Shown one piece after another: positions 36,942 through 47,919 of a DNA stretch of 64,000 nt. Within the stretch, counting starts at the first letter, position 1; every line of letters begins with the position of its first letter. Source of the DNA: Entomortierella parvispora E1425 (lineage: Eukaryota > Fungi > Mortierellomycota); contig BQFW01000009.1 in NCBI GenBank assembly GCA_020891255.1, positions 372,001 to 436,000 on the forward strand. The letters are read 5' to 3'. Below the pieces are notes generated by a model that had not been told where the DNA came from, did no database searches, and saw only the letters and a program-made list of their open reading frames with translations. Position numbers and translations under genes: made by a program.

Positions 36942-37856
36942 AAATGACCAAGAGAAAATTTATTAATATGGCGCTCAGTTGTTTTTGACGAGACAGAAAG
37001 CAGATTTGACCTGAGAATACTTACATAAGTTGAGAGAGAACTCAATTCCTGACATGGGATCGACTCGCGATACATGTGGAAGGTTTTGATCCAGACCTAT
37101 GGTGCTGGTGTTCGTTTGGGGGTGCGACCAAAGAATGGTGCCTGTTCGCAAAACATATACGCAAAAGATGTTCGCAAGTCTAGAGTGAAGCGGGTGGAGG
37201 TGGAAGTTAGCTTTGGATCATCATGTGCCCATCCAAGGATCAGTGTTGATCAAACTCTCAAACGAACAAGCAAACTGCAAATAGACTCGTGTTCGCAAGG
37301 AGAGACCGCATCACGCAGGTCTCTGATGGAGTCTAGATGACGACAGTATGAGAAGTGAGCGTTGAGTGACCATCTCTACAGCACCAACGCAAAAGACAAG
37401 GTCTGAAGGCCGCGTCTGTTCCACAGGGAGGCACTGCCTTTGTCCTTTTGTCCTTAAAAGCTTTACACGAACCTGAAGGTTATATAAGGAGGCAAGGAAC
37501 GATCGTTCACCAGACGAAGGAAAGTCAGTATGGATGCTCGAACAACCTCTAGCAAGGCTCCTTGGTACAAAACTTCCAAAGAGAGCAGAACATTTACCTC
37601 GTCATCGTCCTCTCCTCTCGTCGACCTCCTCGAGCTTCTTGTGTGGCCGTAGGTGTGTGTCTAGGTGTGTGGTAGTTGGTAGTTGGGGGGGATGGAAGTG
37701 GGGGGGGGATGGGATGGTGGGCAAGTTGAGAAAGAAAGAAAGGAAAAACGAAGAGGTGCAGGTCTTGGCGGGCAGTTTTCAAGATTGATCGCGGTGACTG
37801 CTCAATGTGTTTCATTTTATCATCATGATATCTGCAAGATTATTTTTTTTTAGGTG
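36942..37856 (-). repeat. Right arm of the ~0.9-kb inverted repeat
   Basis: Reverse complement of 34789-35697; ends ...taggtg at 37856. Confidence 0.95.
37481..37487 (+). promoter_or_regulatory. Putative TATA box (TATATAA) 49 nt upstream of the ATG at 37530
   Basis: Consensus TATATAAG; a counterpart exists in each copy of the repeat. Confidence 0.4.
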
Positions 37857-40800
37857 CAAAGCACAATAATTAACGGTTATTAATAATTGATCAAGGAAAT
37901 GCTGACATGTTATCTCCTAATGTTCCAAGTTCTAGAAATGAAGACCAAAAAAACGTTTATTCACGCGCCGCAGTCAGCCGCGCACCTTGAGGATTTTTTC
38001 TGCCGATTTCCTGTGGAAGAGTTTCGGGCGATAACATTCTTCGAGTTCAATGAATTCGCACATGGGGAGCGACAAGCAGCCTCCTTGGAATATAAAAAAA
38101 TGGTGATTGACCACGCACTGAGCAAGTGTCCAATGTCGGTGACTAGCGCAATGAGCGCGGATTGGAGCCGCGGGAAAAATACCAGGAGTGAATACTGGAA
38201 AGCTCTCCAGGAGAAGGAGGAGCATGCCAAACGTTTGGTAAGCTTCTTGGTTGTGCCGCTCTCGCCCATAAAAACTATTATTTTGTCATAGTCTAATTTA
38301 ATCTCCAACCACTTGTGTAGGCACGACACATGAGCAATATGGAAGCGGATGTCATAGAGCGCAGTGACATTACAAGCTCTATTCTCACGGAGAAGTTCAG
38401 AGCGAACGCGAAAAGTGCTGGCCTGAAGGCCAGTGGCGGTAGGTGGCAGAACGTCTTTGCTGAAATATATAATTCACAGGATATTGCCCCTGGGCAACTG
38501 GCTTACGTCTAATGTCGTTAGATATTTTTCGACCTGAAGAACCAGTGAGGTCCATGCGAACGAACACGATTGAAACGCAGGGCAGTGAGTCTTCACAGCA
38601 GCATCTTGAAGAGAGTGACAGTGGCACCAGTGAAGGATCCGAAGTCCAAGAGTCAGGGGATGGTATGTGGCATAATACTAGAGGTGTGTATTACAAGCTC
38701 ACGTTGTTAACGTACCTGTTGCATCCTTGTTGGACCCAGACTACAACCATGGAGTAAAGAGACCACGAAAGTCCTTCCCAGCAAGCCAGGCTTCCAAACA
38801 GCGCAAGCGCAACTACCCGCCGGAAAATGATAAAGACAGCCAGCTAAGTGAGGTTGACTATTACGATAATTATCCTTCAGATGCGTCTGGTATGTGCATA
38901 TAGTTTCCTCTTGATTAGCCGCCATTTGGTCACTGTCACTAATAATTTGTTATTGCATTCTATAGACCAATCTACCACGGATATTGATCAGGGGAACTTG
39001 AGCGTCATGGGAATCCGAGAAGTAATTGCCGATGAGGAGCATGATGGAGAAGGTGATGACGAAGCAAATGTCCAGGACGAAGTGGGTCCAATGGACGAAG
39101 TTATTCAGGAGCTGTGTGAAGCGGAGAAAAATGCGGAGCCTGGATTCTACCCACTCATCAGAGCACTCTACCATGCGGTAAGTTAGTTCTTCTTCGAAGT
39201 CACTATATTATTGTACAGTTTCCATTGCAGCTAATACCTATCCTCTTCTGTGCGATATTCGACAGGCGCGGGACCAAGAGTTCAAAGAGCCATATCCCAA
39301 ACCAACTTTGAGTAGACAGCAGTCTTTTTTGTGGGACTACGTTCATTCACGCCTGAGGTCATTCGGAAACATGGTGCCGTCTGAACAAAAGGACATCTTG
39401 TATGATCTAGTTCTGTAGCGATGGAATATACTTCGCTCTACATTCATGCCATCTAACTTTTTCTCTATTTATGCCAATAGTGTTGCAGTTAGTGGGATTG
39501 TTGATCTCGAGCTTCACACTTCATTTCCACAACGAGATGAACTCGTCAAAAGATGTAGAGCGGGGGTTAGCTTTGCATTTCCCTCTGTTCGCCAACATAT
39601 GAAGTCATACCACGCGTTTGTGGATGTGCAAGATGATGTGGAGGAAGTACGACTAGACGATTTAAAACGCCAACTAAGGGAAAACGTTGCTCAGTTTGAG
39701 GAGGGATCGACGGAGGCGATGATTACGGAAATATTGAGGATCCTGTATGTCATTTCATAGCTGACAACAGTATGTCTGGAGATCAATTTCCCTAGAAACT
39801 ATTTACCAATGTATTTTATTATCTCTGTACCTAGAGTGAAGCAATGCGTCCCGGACAAATTTGGTCGCACCAAGAGAACCGAGTCCTACACACTCTTCGT
39901 TTGGTATGCAGTTTGGGAAGTTCTTTTTTCTGGCACGGCTGTCGAGGTCGAAGTGTAAGTACTTTTTTTTTTTTTAAAAAAAAAAAAAATTCTTTTTTCA
40001 CTGCCATGAATGTCTAATTATTAATACTCCATATGTTGATTGTAACCATTAATTCATAGTGGAGAGACGATTTTAAGAGAGGCACAAAAAGACCAAGCAG
40101 CCATCCGCACTGTTGTAGGCGCTGCGGCTGCAGTTGGTCGAGCTGGCGCAGCTGGTCGTAAGCTTGACTTTAGGCTGATTGCCTCTATTAAGACGGGGCA
40201 ATGCTACGAGCCGTTCACATTGAGCAATGATGAGCACAAGGGTCTCGGATCTTCAACTTTGACGGCAGCAATACAGAGGAAGAAAAATATGCGCCTCAAC
40301 AAGAGTATTGTGATGAATGGAAAGGTGCCGATGACCACTGGCAATGTGTATCAGGACGTCGTAGGTGAGTTTAATATGATGTATTTACTTGCCTTCAGCA
40401 GCTGCGGCTGTCTCTTTTGCTCATTAATTTTTCATCCCTACCTGATAGGCCTCGAAGGGACTTGGAACATTATGTGTCCTTTTGAAGATGTGGTTCTCTG
40501 TTGCGAATCAGAAGAACCACCGTTGCGCCTCCCATCAAACGAGTTCGAATTGGGCGTCTTTTTACTAGAAGATGGTATGGAGCGACTACTGGCGTATAGG
40601 GTAAGTAAGCATAATGGATTTTCTTTCTACCTAGCGTTGTTCCAAGGTAATTACAACTCATAAAATATGCAACAGGAGCATATCCTCTCCCTGGCCAAAA
40701 AAGTGCAGGGTCTTGTAGCCAATCCGCGAAGATCAAGCGTTTCTCGTCGTGCGCAAGCTCCCACAAACAGTTTGGCCAAGAATGCCGCAGTACGGAGAAG

Positions 40801-40957
40801 TGCCGGGTGTGACAATGACGCTCTTCAAGAATTGGAGATGCCGACTACAAAACCAGTGAAGAATGGCACAACATCAACGGTCCCTTGTACTCCACCTCGT
40901 GCGCTGCACCCGCCTCATCTTCCTTCATTCTATACACCAACGAAGCCCAAACAATAA
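37530..40957 (+). CDS. Multi-exon hypothetical protein with a C-terminal PD-(D/E)xK (restriction-endonuclease-fold)-like domain; may be partly pseudogenised
   Basis: Series of GT-AG-bounded exons. The exon at ~40060-40364 reads GETILREA...GRKLDFRLI...LSNDEHK...QRKKNMRLNKSI, i.e. GE / GRKxD / ExK / KNxRxN as in Mucoromycota REase-fold families. One splice (39177 to 39266) does not obviously keep frame. Confidence 0.5.
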
Positions 40958-41260
40958 AAGCTACGGTTGTAACTTCTCTTTCTGCGGGTCAAAATCGATA
41001 GGATAGTGTGTAATGTCTCTTACAGAAAAAAAGAGGTCTGTTCAAAAGGAAGAAAAAAAAGAGCAAAGAGGCAATAAAACCAGTTCAACGCCTACTTTTT
41101 CAGCAGCAGGGCAAAGCTCCTGACCACCTATCAACTGCTCAGAATGAACGTTTTACGGGTCATGACACTCAACACCACGGTTGGATTCTTTTTTTTTTTG
41201 ACGTCGATCCCGAAGGGGTCACCGGTCATCCATTCGCTATCTGAGTCTGTTTTTTTTACT

Positions 41261-42640
41261 TCACTTGAATGGATTCAGTCTTCTGAGGAGCCTCCGCATC
41301 TTGATCGCGTACGCTGCTGGCCATTGGAATGACAGAACGTAGTCCCGGATCTCATTCACTTCTTCTGGGTTAAAGTTGTCGTCGTGATGCTGCAGGATGA
41401 GAGCACCTTTCTCTTCAATAATTCGTACATCGGCCCCTGCTTGCTTCAAGATGTCCATCAAAGCGTCAATGTAACTAGTCTCCTTCATATGTTCCAAGTC
41501 ACTGACATCCACTTGAGTCAAGACTAGCCCCACAATCGGACTTGTGTTCATCTCGCGAAGAATAGTTCTGACCATATCAAAGTCTGAAGGATCAATTCTG
41601 CCGTTCCTGGGTGCGATCACAAAGAAGACCATGTAGTCGTGGCCGTTATTCAATACGTCATCAATCGACAGGATATTATCCAAGTGATAGCGTTCCACTG
41701 GGTAGAAACTTTGGGAGAAGTAGAAGGGAGTGTCGACCAACCGTAACTTCCGCCCGTTGCACTTGACCTGTTGCGCATTCACGGTCAAATCGAAGCGAGA
41801 AGAACCACGTTCACGTGGGAAATTGGCTCCAAGTGCGTTGTGCAGTGTCGTCTTGCCCACCTCAGAGCTCCCAATAAAGATGATTGATTTTTGGGGGTTC
41901 TTGACCTTGCGTTGCGGCGTTTCTTCATCCGACATTGACATTGACTCTGCTATTGGAATCGATTCTAAAACCAGTGAACGTTCGACTCTTGTGCTGAGCA
42001 AAAGATCGTTGTGCGGTTTTTGACGGATAGAGACTTGTTGCGGTTCAAAACTCAAAATGTAGCTTTCAATAGCCTGGACTTCGTCCTCACTGAACGTCTT
42101 TGTGTGCTTTCGGAGAAAGAGATGATTGTCGATATCGAAGAATCCCAGATCTGCTCCTATTTGTTCCAGAGCAGTCGCCACAAATCTGGGGGCCATGACA
42201 GTTTCCAAGCAATCCTTGTGGATTAATGTCATGATCAAGCCTATTTTGGGTCCTTCGTCCAGACTCCCGAGAATCAACTTCATGAGTGCCAGGTCCTTGC
42301 CACGGATGGTTCCCGTTGGAAGGGGGTCAATCACAAAAAAGACGACGGATTTGCCCTTCTGGTTCAGTTTGTTCCTGAGTATCCTGAGGTTGTAGTCGAT
42401 AGCAGTCTCGCCTGACGCCAGGCTGTCGGCAGTGGCATGGTCATTGATCCCGGGTACATCAACTAAAAGCAGGTTCCGACTACCGCGGATAACTAGCTGA
42501 GGTTCGCCCACGCTCATTCCACGAACAGGGCTGAAACCACTTTTGAACGACGCACCGAGAGCATTGTGGATGGTGCTTTTGCCGACTCCCGGATTCCCGA
42601 TAAAGACGACAGAAGCGACGTCCTCTGTCCCGGATGTCAT
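41261..42640 (-). CDS. Intronless protein with two tandem TRAFAC P-loop GTPase domains (AIG1/GIMAP- or MMR_HSR1-like), 459 aa from ATG 42640
   Basis: Domain 1: VVFIGNPGVGKS...LVDVPG...VVFFVI...GTIRGKD. Domain 2: IIFIGSSEVGKT...LVDTPF...MVFFVI..NGRIDPSD. The two halves are mutually similar. Confidence 0.85.
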   Translation of the reverse strand: MTSGTEDVASVVFIGNPGVGKSTIHNALGASFKSGFSPVRGMSVGEPQLVIRGSRNLLLVDVPGINDHATADSLASGETAIDYNLRILRNKLNQKGKSVVFFVIDPLPTGTIRGKDLALMKLILGSLDEGPKIGLIMTLIHKDCLETVMAPRFVATALEQIGADLGFFDIDNHLFLRKHTKTFSEDEVQAIESYILSFEPQQVSIRQKPHNDLLLSTRVERSLVLESIPIAESMSMSDEETPQRKVKNPQKSIIFIGSSEVGKTTLHNALGANFPRERGSSRFDLTVNAQQVKCNGRKLRLVDTPFYFSQSFYPVERYHLDNILSIDDVLNNGHDYMVFFVIAPRNGRIDPSDFDMVRTILREMNTSPIVGLVLTQVDVSDLEHMKETSYIDALMDILKQAGADVRIIEEKGALILQHHDDNFNPEEVNEIRDYVLSFQWPAAYAIKMRRLLRRLNPFK

Positions 42641-42908
42641 CAGTGTGTAGTCTCTGCTTGGTCGTCTCGAGTGCTGCTGGGGGAAAGGAGGAAGAGGGGA
42701 AAGAGAGGAAAGAGGGGAAAGAGGCGAAAAGAGGAAGAAGGACATGGCGAAGAGAAAAAAAAATTGCCTCGAGTTACACGAAAATGAACAGGGAGAGCAC
42801 AAGGGCGATCTCCGCCTTCACCTTCACTACCATCGTAGCGGACTGCACCTAGCTCAGAAAAGACCATTCACTTTCAACGCAACTCTTTCTCTACTTCTCT
42901 GAATGGAG

Positions 42909-43285
42909 TCAGTCTGCCCACTTGTGGTAATAGATGCCGAAAGATAATACAAAAACTTCAGGACGTCCCAAGTACCGTTGCCTTGCCACTTCGACGCGCA
43001 GGTTATATTGCATGCTGACCCTCGACACCTTGATCTTGTACCGACACCCATCTGGCCACTGTGCCTCGGGTAGCTTTCGCCACGTTGTATACTTTTCATA
43101 TTGTTCGACATCCTGTGCGACCTTTAACAGATACTGGCTCAATTGGACTGGACTCTCAAAGTCCTCGATAAAGATGGCCGAGCCTTCTGGAATGAATGAC
43201 CGAGCGTTGGGCGCTCTACGACAGGCACCACGCCTCTTTCGTACGAGTTCCACAGTTTCTCTGACGTGTCGTCTTCCTCCTAACT
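42909..43285 (-). pseudogene. GT10 alpha-1,3-fucosyltransferase C-terminal fragment
   Basis: SEKLWNSYERGVVPVV /frameshift/ APNARSFIPEGSAIFIEDFESPVQLSQYL...YEKYTTWRK is the alpha-1,3-FucT motif region. No upstream part recognised. Confidence 0.8.
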
Positions 43286-44012
43286 AATCCATCTATCAAC
43301 AGCACCGCTTGAGGGGCCACGGAGACCTTGGAAACATGAGACTAGAAGAAAGGGTCACAGTTCGAGAGGAAGGATTTGGCTTCAAACAAAATAAACGTGA
43401 AAAGTGGCAAAAACACGCTTCTGATTTGTTCTCCCTCTGCCGCCCGTTGTCTCTTTCGTCATCCTAACCTCTAGATTTCCGCTCCCCTCCTCCCAAGCAC
43501 GCCACGCCACACCAAACCCCTGACGCCAAATGCCACGCCGCAACTGCATCTGCAGATGGACCCTCGTTTTTTTATCCTGTCTCCAAGAGGTCCAAATCAA
43601 GGGTCGATGGACTCCTTCCCGTCCGCGCGCAGGCCAAGAATCAACCGCTTGGCACAAAAAGTAAACAAAGTTTGAGGCGCAAATGCTGCGCCTATGGCGA
43701 CCTCATTTCTTGCCCTTCCCTCTCTCCATTCTTGAGTTGCACAAGAATCTTTCCGATGCCAAGAGTAATTTTTCAAAAAAAAAAAAAAAAAAAAAAAAAA
43801 TCACCTTGGAGCCATGCGCCTCTGTGACCATGCGTTCGGTATTCTGCCAATTGCACTTTTTCTCTACAAGATGTTCTCATATAAATAGGCCGACCTTTCC
43901 CCTCCATCCATGAAATCATCAGCATATCAACCAACCCTGCAAAACAAAGAAACACAGACACACAAACACACAGAAACAAACACACAGCACGCCACAAGCA
44001 TACATCCCAAAT

Positions 44013-44210
44013 ATGACGCCTCAGAACGGACCCTCCAAGCGCTCCTCCAAACAGTACACCGCTTCGGCACCCAACTCTCCTTCTAGCTCTCGACGGAGCT
44101 CCTTCAGTGGACCAAGTTCCTCTGTCACCGCTGCCATGTCAATTCAACTGCACGATCTTCAACAAGCTCTGAATCGACTTGCTGAAAGCAATACCCCCTC
44201 GCCTCATTAA
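44013..44210 (+). CDS. Putative small Ser/Pro-rich protein (65 aa)
   Basis: TATAAATA at 43880-43887, then an A/C-rich leader and aaatATG context. No recognisable domain. Confidence 0.35.
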   Translation: MTPQNGPSKRSSKQYTASAPNSPSSSRRSSFSGPSSSVTAAMSIQLHDLQQALNRLAESNTPSPH

Positions 44211-44716
44211 GGCCAAAAATACTCACAAGGGGCTTTACAGGGATTCGAAACTTCCACACTTCCCTTTACTTCCAAGGACCCCCATTACTCATTTACTTAC
44301 ATCACTCAGCACACCCTTCATAGATTTTCACTCAAAACAAACTAATTAACGTACTTTACAGAAAATGAAATATATATATATTCCACAGCACTTGTGGAAT
44401 GAAGATGAAGATTTCGATGTGACCATCGAGAGGGGTATAAATGTGCGGGTCCTTCCAGGTTCGCGACGGCATCGATGAGTTGTGGGAGGGGTTCTTTTGC
44501 TTTTCTCTTCGCTTTTTTTTTCTTTTTTTCTTTTTTTTTTTTCTTTTTTCTTTTTTGTCTTTTTCTTTCTTTTTTTTTTTTTGGTCCTTTTTGCTTGGAC
44601 CTTTATTACAGTTTCTTTTCCCCTTGCTTTCTGTGCTTTGTTGATTGCTTTGATAAATTAAAAGATTGGGAGATATCGGATTCGAGGGAGGGAGAGACGG
44701 GCTTGGTGGTCGAAAT

Positions 44717-46985
44717 CTACAGCTCCATCTCCATGTCCACATCCGCCTGCAACAAAGCCTCCTCCGCCGCGGCATCCTGGGTGGCGGGCTGATTGACTCC
44801 GTGACTGACTCCACCAGACGCCCAATGTGTGCTTGCGGGTACATGCAGCTTCTCAACGTTGCTTTCGTCCACCACTCCACCTGCGAAACGCTCGCTTCTG
44901 CTACCAGGCGCACTGCCATTGAGGATCAAGGTCTTGTTGTGTCCGCCAGCAGCGGCTCCAGGAAGATGGCGGAAATGGCAATCAGGTCGAGTACAAGGAC
45001 TGAATTTGCACTACAGAGTGGAATAAAAGAGTAAAAGAGGACTCATGTTAGAACCCGTCATTGTTGCATCTCCTATATTAAATCTATAGATCAACGATAC
45101 TTGATCTTACCAAGGGGATTCCAGACGCATCAGCAGAGCCTCCATCGCGAGGATGAGTAAAATGACACCCTGGCCGAGTACACATATCTCCAAATCTGCA
45201 TGGTGTTGGCAATCGGTTGTCCACGGCTGTTCCTTCCATGGCTGTATCGGCTGTCAAAGATTCACTATAGAACGAAAAAGTCAATAATATTGTTAATAAA
45301 GCAGAACCTTAGAACCCTGGATTTCGCAATATCCGGCGGGCACAAGGACTTACCCGTAAGGGGGGTGGAAGAACGGACAATCGGGCTTGGTGCAGTTGGG
45401 GAAGAAACGGCATTTCTGCTTATTGGCGTCTCGCTCTGAGTGACGGAATTTGCAGTCCGGTCTGGTACATCTTGCTCCAAACTTGCACTCTTGTTGTTGT
45501 GCGAATGGAGCGCCACCAAAACCATTGCCATTAGGGCGCATGGACTGCATCAGAGCCTGTCGGGCAGCAGCTGCTGCTTGCTCTGCTGTTGGCTCTGCTT
45601 GAGGATGCACATACATGCAGCTGCTGGCAGGGTTAGGACAGTTGGGGAAAGCTTGGCAAAGCTCCTTGGGGTGCCAGAACTGACAGTTCTCGCCCTGAGA
45701 ACAGTTTGGCCAGAATCGGCAGCGAGATTGATTGGAGGGTGGTGCTGTGGCAAGTTCCCTCTCTGCAGAAGCGCTCCATCCAGCTGGTTGACGAGGAATA
45801 TCATTTTCGTCCTGCTGCAAAATTGGACCGCCCAATCTACTTTCAATATCGCGAAGTCTGCTGGCTCTGTCGTTTCCGCGGGGACTGCTGTTGCTGTTGC
45901 GGTTAATTCCGTTAGCACTACTCCTACCACCACGCTTTCCGTGGTAGTCATCCCGGTCCCATGAACGATCGCGGTCCGATGGGCGTCCCGAACCTTCGTT
46001 TTTCCATCCAAGGCGATCCTCGATACGACCAAGACGACCTCTCAATCTATCCTTGCCGCCGTTATTTCCTCCACTACCGAGTCTGGAATCTATCCGTGCA
46101 TCATCGCGTGATCTTTCCTCGCTTGTGCGTCGGAATCGAATGCGTTCCTCCTTGCCTTTTGTTGTCAAGCCCTCCCTGTTTCTGACAGGGCTCGTGCTGG
46201 CCTCGCGGGATCGACTTGTGCGACGCTCTTCTTCATAGACACGAGATGGGGCGGGGCGCGCCTGCGCAGGCTCTGTTCGTGTCGCTCCACTGATGGCAGT
46301 CATAAGGAGTCTGCTAGATCCACGGGCGGGCGGTCCGGCACTTGGTCTGCTGTGCGATTCGTCCATTGGCTCTGGCTGAGATTCTGAAGGTGGTGCGACT
46401 GAGAGAGTTCAAAAGGAGGACATCCACGAAATCGGGGTATATTGTGTTAGAGCTGTGGCTGCATTCCTGACCGGGGTCGTGGCGCCTCTCATTCAATCGG
46501 TACTTTTGGTCATAGATATCCCGCATGAGTGTGTACCTTCTGCTTGTGGTGCCTCCTGAGGGTTCGATCCTCCGATTTGCTCAAAGAGCCAGTCCACAAA
46601 CTCGGTTGCTAAGATGATAGGAAGAAATAGCAACAGCTTTTGGTTAACTGCAACGCCCCCCTAGGAACTTGGCAAAAAGCCCTGTGGTTGAGCAAATGAA
46701 CTTACTGTGCTCTGGGACAACTGGATTGCAAAGAGTACGAAGGGAATGTAAAAGGTGCTGTTAGTCTACTGAGGCTCGGTGTTATCCAGAGAAAACGTCG
46801 GGAAGGATCGTCTTACTGTCGCTCAACTCGGACGTGATTTCGTCCCGGGTCTTCTCGTTCGCGACCATGACGACGATGAAGTTGGCGAGGACATCATTAT
46901 CAGGCCAGCCAAAGTCGGCGAGCTTGGTGAAGACGAGGCCGGTCAGCTCCTTCTCCTGCGGGGATCCTAGCTCAATTCTCGGCAT
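44717..46985 (-). CDS. NAB2: Nab2/ZC3H14-like nuclear poly(A) RNA-binding protein, multi-exon
   Basis: N-terminal PWI-like segment (VLANFIVVMVANEKTRDEITSELSD) and tandem CCCH fingers (CRFWPNCSQGENCQFWHP, CQAFPNC...CMYVHP, CKFGARCTRPDCKFRH, CRFFPNCTKPDCPFFHP, CRFGDMCTRPGCHFTHP). Confidence 0.88.
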
Positions 46986-47919
46986 TGTGTATGTGTATGT
47001 GTGGATGAGAGATGACAGAGAGAGTTGAGTAAATGAGAAGAATGAGAAGAGAGTGAAGTGATGAGATGCGCTTTGACTCTTTTTCTTCTTTTTGACTCTT
47101 TTTCTCTCTTTGCCTCGTTCTTTCTCTTGCTCTCGTTCCTGTGATCTTATGCTGCGGAATTCAATACGGTGACGTCAGCTATTGTCACGTGAGCAGTCAT
47201 TTGCCACCAATCCACCAATCTGCAGAGTGAGAAAAGAGGCAGTGGTGTCCAAGGGGTGGTTGCACCCGCCCTCAGGTCACTGTCGAGAGTGCCGATAGCG
47301 CATCCTATTGTCTTTGGAGAGACCACACACATGAAAGAGAACTGAGCAGCACTTCTTGTTTTTGCACTACTGCTGCCGTGTTTTCGGCTTGGCTTCTCTG
47401 TGCTCTGTCTGCTCTGCAGGGTGCGGGCGTGTGGGGAAGTGGGGAAACAGACGACAGAAACAGACAGAAACAGACAGACCAGACAGATAGCAAACCAAAC
47501 GGGATTTGTGCGTCAATGCGGGGTCACAGCGCACTCACTCGTGCTCTCCGCACGCGCCCTTTCCTTCCTTCCTTCCTTCCTCTTTCTCCCTCTCGGCATC
47601 TCTCGGTCCATCTTCTCTTCTCGCTGTCCCCCTCACCCTCCTCCTTCTCCTTGTCTCCTTCCTCTCTTCTCTCCTTCCTCCTTCATCGGCGCTATTCTCA
47701 TCCCCCTATCAACAGACAGCAACGGCCGGTCTTTGTTGTGTCTCTTTACCTGCTATCGCAATCGACGCTTGCTCAACTCCGATACTCTTCTCTCCCCTGC
47801 ATTTTGACCCTGCACTGCACCCTGCACCCCGCCTCTCCTAGTTGCCACCGTTTTCCATCTCTCACCCCTCTTTCCCTCACCGACTATCTTGCAGCCACCG
47901 CAGCGGTGAACTAGGAGAC

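Noticed and set aside
34789-37856. CACTA or hAT assignment for the inverted-repeat element
   Set aside because: The ends read CACCT, not CACTA/CACTG, and no 2-3-bp or 8-bp target-site duplication is visible.
46555-46580. GGTTCGATCC tRNA T-loop-like motif
   Set aside because: Lies in a NAB2 exon; no acceptor stem, D-arm or anticodon arm can be folded.
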